Source: the human T2T-CHM13v2.0 reference genome, Homo sapiens
Assembly (NCBI RefSeq): GCF_009914755.1
Contig: NC_060925.1
DNA length: 64,000 nucleotides
Reading direction: 5' to 3' (one strand)
The first letter of the stretch is position 1. Each line of letters opens with the position of its first letter. Shown in pieces: positions 57,693 through 64,000 of this stretch. A program made the translations under genes and the position numbers. Under the pieces are notes generated by a model. That model saw only the letters and a program-made list of their open reading frames with translations, searched no databases and was not told the DNA's origin.

Positions 57693-58819
57693 GGGATTCA
57701 CCCACCTCAGCCTCTCAAAGTTCAGGGATTACGGGAGTAAGCCACACCGGCCAGCCAATACCCTACTATAGTTTTGCAAGATGTTACCATTGGTAGAAAC
57801 GAGGCAAAGAGAACAAAGGATTTTTCTGTATTATTTCTTACAACTACATGTGAATTTACAATTGTTTCAAAATTAGAAGTTTAATTAAAAAGGAAAACCC
57901 ACCTGAGAGCCCTTTCAAAATACCACTTGCGTTGGGAGACTGGGGTGGGGCCCAGATACGTGGTTTTTTTTTTTTAAGTCTCCCCAAGAGTTGAAAACCA
58001 CACAATGAAATTATTTCTAAAGCTCCTTCCACTAAAAAGTTGACATTTTTATGTGAAAATATATCAAAATTCGAACGTCTTGTGGATTCAGGCTAGAACT
58101 GTTCCCTCCCAGGCTTCCCGGCAGAAGGAGAGAGAAAGGCCCGAGAGACAGAATCAGGATGTGACAGGGGTGGCGCGAGGCGGAGGTGCAGCTCTCTCCT
58201 TCACGGTCCAAGGACTTCCAACCGTAGGACTCTTAGTGAAGCATAGCTAATAGCCACAGTGGCCAAGGGTGGGATTAGAACCCACTTTCTGGCTCTGCCT
58301 TCCGCAGCTTGGTCAGGGCTCTGGGCAGGACCCCTACGAACACTCCCGCTGTAAGTGTCAGAACAGGTAGAAATGGTTCTAATTATAACCAGTTTTCAAG
58401 CATGTGGGTGGAAAGGAATGCCTATTCATGTAAGAGCCGTTCCTGCAGCACAATAACCCCTCACCAAGTGTTCCTGGGCCAGTTTTTGAGAGTGACAAAT
58501 GGTGCACGCCCAGGCACAGATATCACAAGGGTGAGAAACCCCAAGTTTCTGGAGCGAGAACAATATGACAAAGGTCTTGAGGAGGCAGCGTTTTATGTTA
58601 CAGGGTAGCTGGGGGTTTTGTTGTCTTTTTTCCTTCCCCCTTCATAATTAGCCAACTCAGCCTCTTCTCCATGCTAAGGAATCACTGAAGACTATGTAAG
58701 GGAGAGGAGTCATCAGAGAAGATGCTTTACTGCTCAGGGGCCCCACAGCCTCCCACTCTCTCCCTCCCTTGGCTCTGGCCACCAGACGAGGTTCCTTTTG
58801 CCACCCTGAACAGAGAGTG

Positions 58820-58885
58820 GTGAACTTGTGATCCGGAGCCAGTGAACTTGTGATCCGGAGCCAGTGAACTTGTGATCCGGAGCCA
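58820..58885. repeat. Perfect 3x22-bp tandem repeat
   Basis: GTGAACTTGTGATCCGGAGCCA at 58820, 58842 and 58864. Confidence 0.97.
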
Positions 58886-59153
58886 GTTAACTTCACAGCT
58901 AATGTGCTGAGCAGCATTCCAGCCAGCGTCTGAAGCCAGAGCAGGGAGGCGGACGGGCCCCAGGAGTTCGAGGTCCGGGAAGCCGAAGCACCACCAAACT
59001 GAGCGAGGTTCCAACTCTCCCTCCCAGGAGGTCCGGCTGCCTCCCACCAGCAGCCCAACCACAGGGTCCTGCTCCAGACGTTACTATTTCCTCTTTTTCA
59101 GTGTGTCCAGCAGCAACCTCGACTGCCAACAACAACGTGAAAAATAACTGCAG

Positions 59154-59581
<428 letters not shown>

Positions 59582-60085
59582 TTAGGAGGGTTAGAGGAGA
59601 TACCGCACAGTTCCTGAGAACAGAGTGGGAGTTCTGAGAGCAGAGGTGATGGAGATGGTCTATTTCCAGCCTCCAAGGACACCACAAGCCTCTCACTACT
59701 GAGCTCAGGTCCTCTGGGCAGCTGAGCTCTTCACAGCTCCGACCTTAATAGGTGTGAAACACCCGACAGCCATTAAATATCATGTTCTCAAAGAACATTT
59801 AAGGCTATGAGAAAAGGCTCCCAACTCCTGAGTAATAAGCACAGAGAAGCAAACTCTATATGTAGTAAGTGGCCAGGACTGTTATATGTAGAAAAAAGAC
59901 TGGAATGAAATCCAACAAAACATTAGCAATGGCATTCCCTGGGTGATCAGAGGATGGGAGAGGGGGTGCATGGGGATGGTTATTTTCATCATTACATTTT
60001 TTTTAACATTTATTAAATTTCCACCATGAACATTTATAATCCATAGAAATACTATTTTATGTTTTTGTGCTATATAAAATGTGTT

Positions 60086-60087
<2 letters not shown>

Positions 60088-60118
<31 letters not shown>
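60088..60118. repeat. (TA)n microsatellite
   Basis: About 15 TA units. Confidence 0.95.
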
Positions 60119-60122
<4 letters not shown>

Positions 60123-62433
60123 ATAGAAGAGCTACCTATTTTTAAATCTGGGCCTACCCATAGACTTGTTTGGGAAAAAAAAGCTGGATCTTCTTGCGTT
60201 CATGCACTTACCTGGCATTGCTCTGGATGCTGTGGGGGGTGTGGGGGTGCAAGAGACCCAGACCTGACCCTCAAGAAGCTCAACAGTCTAGCAAGAAAGG
60301 AAAGACAGGTGTTACGGAAGAAATCTGGCCAAAGTGTTCTAGGAATCCCAAAACGGGAGGATCAAGGAGGACCTCTAGAAGAGATGTCATTGAGGCTGGT
60401 TTGGGAAGGAGTTGTAGGAATTCCAGGAATTGCAAGATTGGGACATGTGGCACTATTTCACTTCACTGTAGCCAAACTGGGACAGTGCTTGGGGGCAGGA
60501 AAAGCTAGGGCTCCTGCTCCCTAACTTTCTACTCCCTGCTGTTCCCTGGACACAGAATAGAAAATGGTCCCTCTCTTGGCATCACACAAAATCACAGAAG
60601 CACAGAGTGTCAGAGGCGGAAGCGTCCTTTAGAGAACATAGAGTCCAATGTCCTTGTTATATATATGAGGAAACGGAGTTCTACTGAGGGGAAGGACCTT
60701 GCCACCAAGATCTCCTGATTTTTCATCCAGGAAACCAGCTAGCCTCATATTCAAGGACAGGGTTGGCTTCTGACACTTGCTCTGCAGGGTGCATATTCTA
60801 GAAGTAAGCAGCAACGACAGCACCATGACCCCACGGTACTGCTCTGGATGCTACTGAGTCCTCCTTCCTGGTTGTCTTCCATGAGCACAGGCAAGTATCT
60901 AGGAATGTTGTTATGGTGTCATGCAAATAGCTACTGACTTCTGGAAAATGAGCCGTCGTCTGCCTCAGTCCTGTACCTTGGAGCTCTACACTCTGATGGT
61001 GTGTTGGCCTGACATGTCACTGAAATTTATCCTAAGAAAATTAACAATGGCTTCTACAGGCAAATTCCTTCACACATATAAAAAAGAAAGCACCCTCTCT
61101 TCCTGGCGTACTCAACAGTGCCCTCTCTTGGCACAACCAAGAGCATAACTGTTAAGGACAAAGACTGTAGAGCAGAGCAACGTGAGTTTGAGTTCCTGAT
61201 CTGCCTCTTGCAAGTTGTCTGATCGTGGGTAATTTACATAGTCTTTCTGTGCCTTCTCTTCCTAATCTATAAAGGATTGTACCTAACCCATAGGGCTGTA
61301 ATGAGGATTAAATTAAACAAGGATGTAAAGTGCTTAGCACTGTACTGTAAATTCAAGTCATTAGACTGTGAGCCTCAGGAGGGCAGATAGGAGTTGAGTC
61401 TGCCTTGTCCATCCTGAATCCCCAGGACCCAACAAAAAGCCTGGCCTTTAACAGAGGCTTGATAAAATTTGATGAATGAATGAATTTGCTAGCCCAAATT
61501 AAAGATTCACTGCTGTGATTGACATATCTTACAGTGTCCTCTACTTGGATTCCAAAAACAAATTAAGAACACTCAGAAGCTGATCTTACAGGTTTTCACT
61601 AAAGAATTACTAGCAGGAGAAAAGGAGGTCTTATTTCCAGCAGGATGGTGTACTAGATATTCTTTAGACACTCCCACCAGAAACAACCAAATATGCCAGC
61701 TAGAAGGGAAAAAAAGCTTTAATTGCATCAATTAATTCTCAAAAACATAAGGCATATTCAGAACCAAAAACTAAGTGAAGACTGGAACTCAGAGATGTTA
61801 ATGATGCCCTTAAGCTACGTGGAGTGGAGATCGGAGACAAAGCCCAGAGCCCACCCAAGGTGAGGACTGCAACAGAAAATCCCCTCTGCAGAAAACCAAG
61901 ACCCCAAAAAGTTATACATTGGTGTCAAGGTGAACTAGAACGAAACCACCCTACTCTGTACTCCCTAGGGACTACAAGGCAAATTGCTTATACTGAGCCT
62001 TGGCAATGATCGTAGAGGGGAAACCTCTCCCTTAGAATTTGTAGCTACAAGCCAATCCCAATAAGAGGATTTACAGCCTGAATTCACTCTACTTGGGTGG
62101 TCCAAAAATACCAAACCAAGAATTAATTTAAAGTGGTCTCAAATTGGTAACGACCACAGGCTTCTGGCAGAAGTCAATGCAAATCCCCTGTAGGAATCCA
62201 CCTTCAACACAGTCTCAAAGATTGCCCAGAGATAACATTCCGATAGATGAACCCACTGTCACAATTCCATAACACACAAGGTAACCAGGAATCAGCAGAA
62301 ACAACAGGTAGTAGATTTAGACCCATGAAGACCTCAAACACTGGAATCATTAGACATAGGATTTTAAAAGATTTCAACATGTTTAATGATGTTTTCAAAG
62401 GGTATTCGCAATTATGAGTAAAGAGTGGGCATT

Positions 62434-62731
<298 letters not shown>

Positions 62732-63149
62732 ACAGTGAGCATCTAGAAAAGTGACTTCATAGATTTTTTAAAAAGAACTTCTAGAAATGAAAAAACAGAA
62801 TGACTGAAATTTATAACTCGGTAGATTAGTTTAACAGTAAATTAGACACAGTTGAAGAAGAATGAAACACAGAAATCACAGAAGTAGAAAATAAAGAAGA
62901 GAGAGTAAGATACATGGAGAATAGTGTGAAAAGTTGTTACATATACCTAATCATGATTACAAAAGGAAAGGAGAAAAAGAATGGGGCGGAGGCAATATTT
63001 GAAGAGACAATGGTCACAAAATCACCCAGCATCTCTAGAAATGTTCATGAATTTCATAAATATTGCATAAATAATGAAAGTAAATAGCCACACATTTAAG
63101 AATCCAAAAAAAAGCCCAAGCAGATAAATAATCAGAAATCAATACCTAA

Positions 63150-63344
63150 TAGGGTTATGATATTTAGCAAATAAAAATACAAAACTCCCAGTTAAATCTG
63201 AATTTCAGATATGCAATGAAGAATGTTTCTTAGTATAAATATGCCTTATGCAATAACTAGAACATACTGATACTAAAAATGTATTTGTTGTTTGTCTGAA
63301 ATTCAAAGTTAGCTGAGCATTCTGTATTTTTTCTGGTAACTCTA
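63150..63344. mobile_element. MER53 palindromic hAT MITE
   Basis: 'agggtt..gatatttagcaaataaaaataca...ccagttaaatctgaatttcagat...tctgaaattcaaa...ctgtatttt..ctggtaactcta', about 195 bp and self-complementary. Confidence 0.85.
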
Positions 63345-63812
63345 ACACCTAGACATAGCACAGTGAAGCTGCAAAACACCAAAGAAAAAAGAGAAATTTA
63401 TAAAAGCAGCCAAGGAGATGAGACAGATGGCCTCTAAGTCAATGACAATTAGATTAACAGCTGACTTCTCAACAGCAATAAGAGTTGCCAAAACACAGTG
63501 GAATAATGTCTTCAATGTGTTGGAAAAAACATAACTAGTATTCTATAGCTAGAGAAAATAGATTTTTAAATGGGACTGAAACAAAGACATTTTCAAACAA
63601 ATAAAAACTGAGCCAAGTCTGCCATAAACAGATCTCCCCCGCCATTTTTTTTTAATGCTGAAGTACTCCTTCAGCAGGAGAAAAGTGATCCCAGATGGAA
63701 GTCAAAGATGCAAAAAGAACAGACAGCAAGGAAGATGGTGACTATGTAAGTAGATCCAAGCAATAGATTGACCAAACCATTAATATTATGAGGATTAAAA
63801 ACCCAAGGTGGT

Positions 63813-64000
63813 GGCCAGGCACAGCAGCTCACACCTATAATCCCAACACTTTAGGAGGCCAAGGCAGGAGAATCACTTGAGCCCAGGAGTTCATAACCAG
63901 AAGCAACACAGAGAGACCCCCGCCTCTGCAAAAAAAAACTTTTTAAAAAATTAGCCAGGCATAGTGGGGCATGCCTGTGATCCCAGCTACTCAGGAGGCT
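63813..64000 (+). mobile_element. AluJ-like, cut by window end
   Basis: Alu consensus. Confidence 0.9.

Noticed and set aside
58820-58885. CRISPR-like array
   Set aside because: Units are head-to-tail with no spacers, no cas genes are present, and the context is eukaryotic

Overview
Primate (almost certainly human) intergenic DNA, GC-moderate and dense in interspersed repeats: about 30 Alu copies, many MIR/L2 relics, MaLR/ERVL LTRs, MER20/MER5/MER53 DNA transposons and L1 fragments. No intact protein-coding gene is supported; the long ORFs in the track come from Alu, L1 or low-complexity sequence. The only gene-derived sequence is an intronless IFITM3 processed pseudogene (37339-37740, minus strand) with a nonsense codon at position 25. 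From memory it may be IFITM3P7 in the RUNX3-SYF2 interval at 1p36, but this is unverified. The most unusual structure, read by eye, is three short locally templated duplications: (i) a composite insert at about 28.9-29.1 kb, built from inverted and direct pieces of the 31.2-32.1 kb region, lacking an Alu the donor later acquired; (ii) a copy of an Alu-flank junction at 16.57 kb; (iii) an 86/88-identical MIR piece at 48.1 kb. Also noted: an Alu carrying a 49-nt unique tag inside its target-site duplication (TSD), a twin-primed L1PA joining ORF1 to the 3' UTR, a bipartite CTCF site, several repeat-free motif-rich enhancer candidates and a 3x22-bp tandem repeat. Repeat subfamily names were assigned by eye and need RepeatMasker confirmation. 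I found no convincing new biological system.
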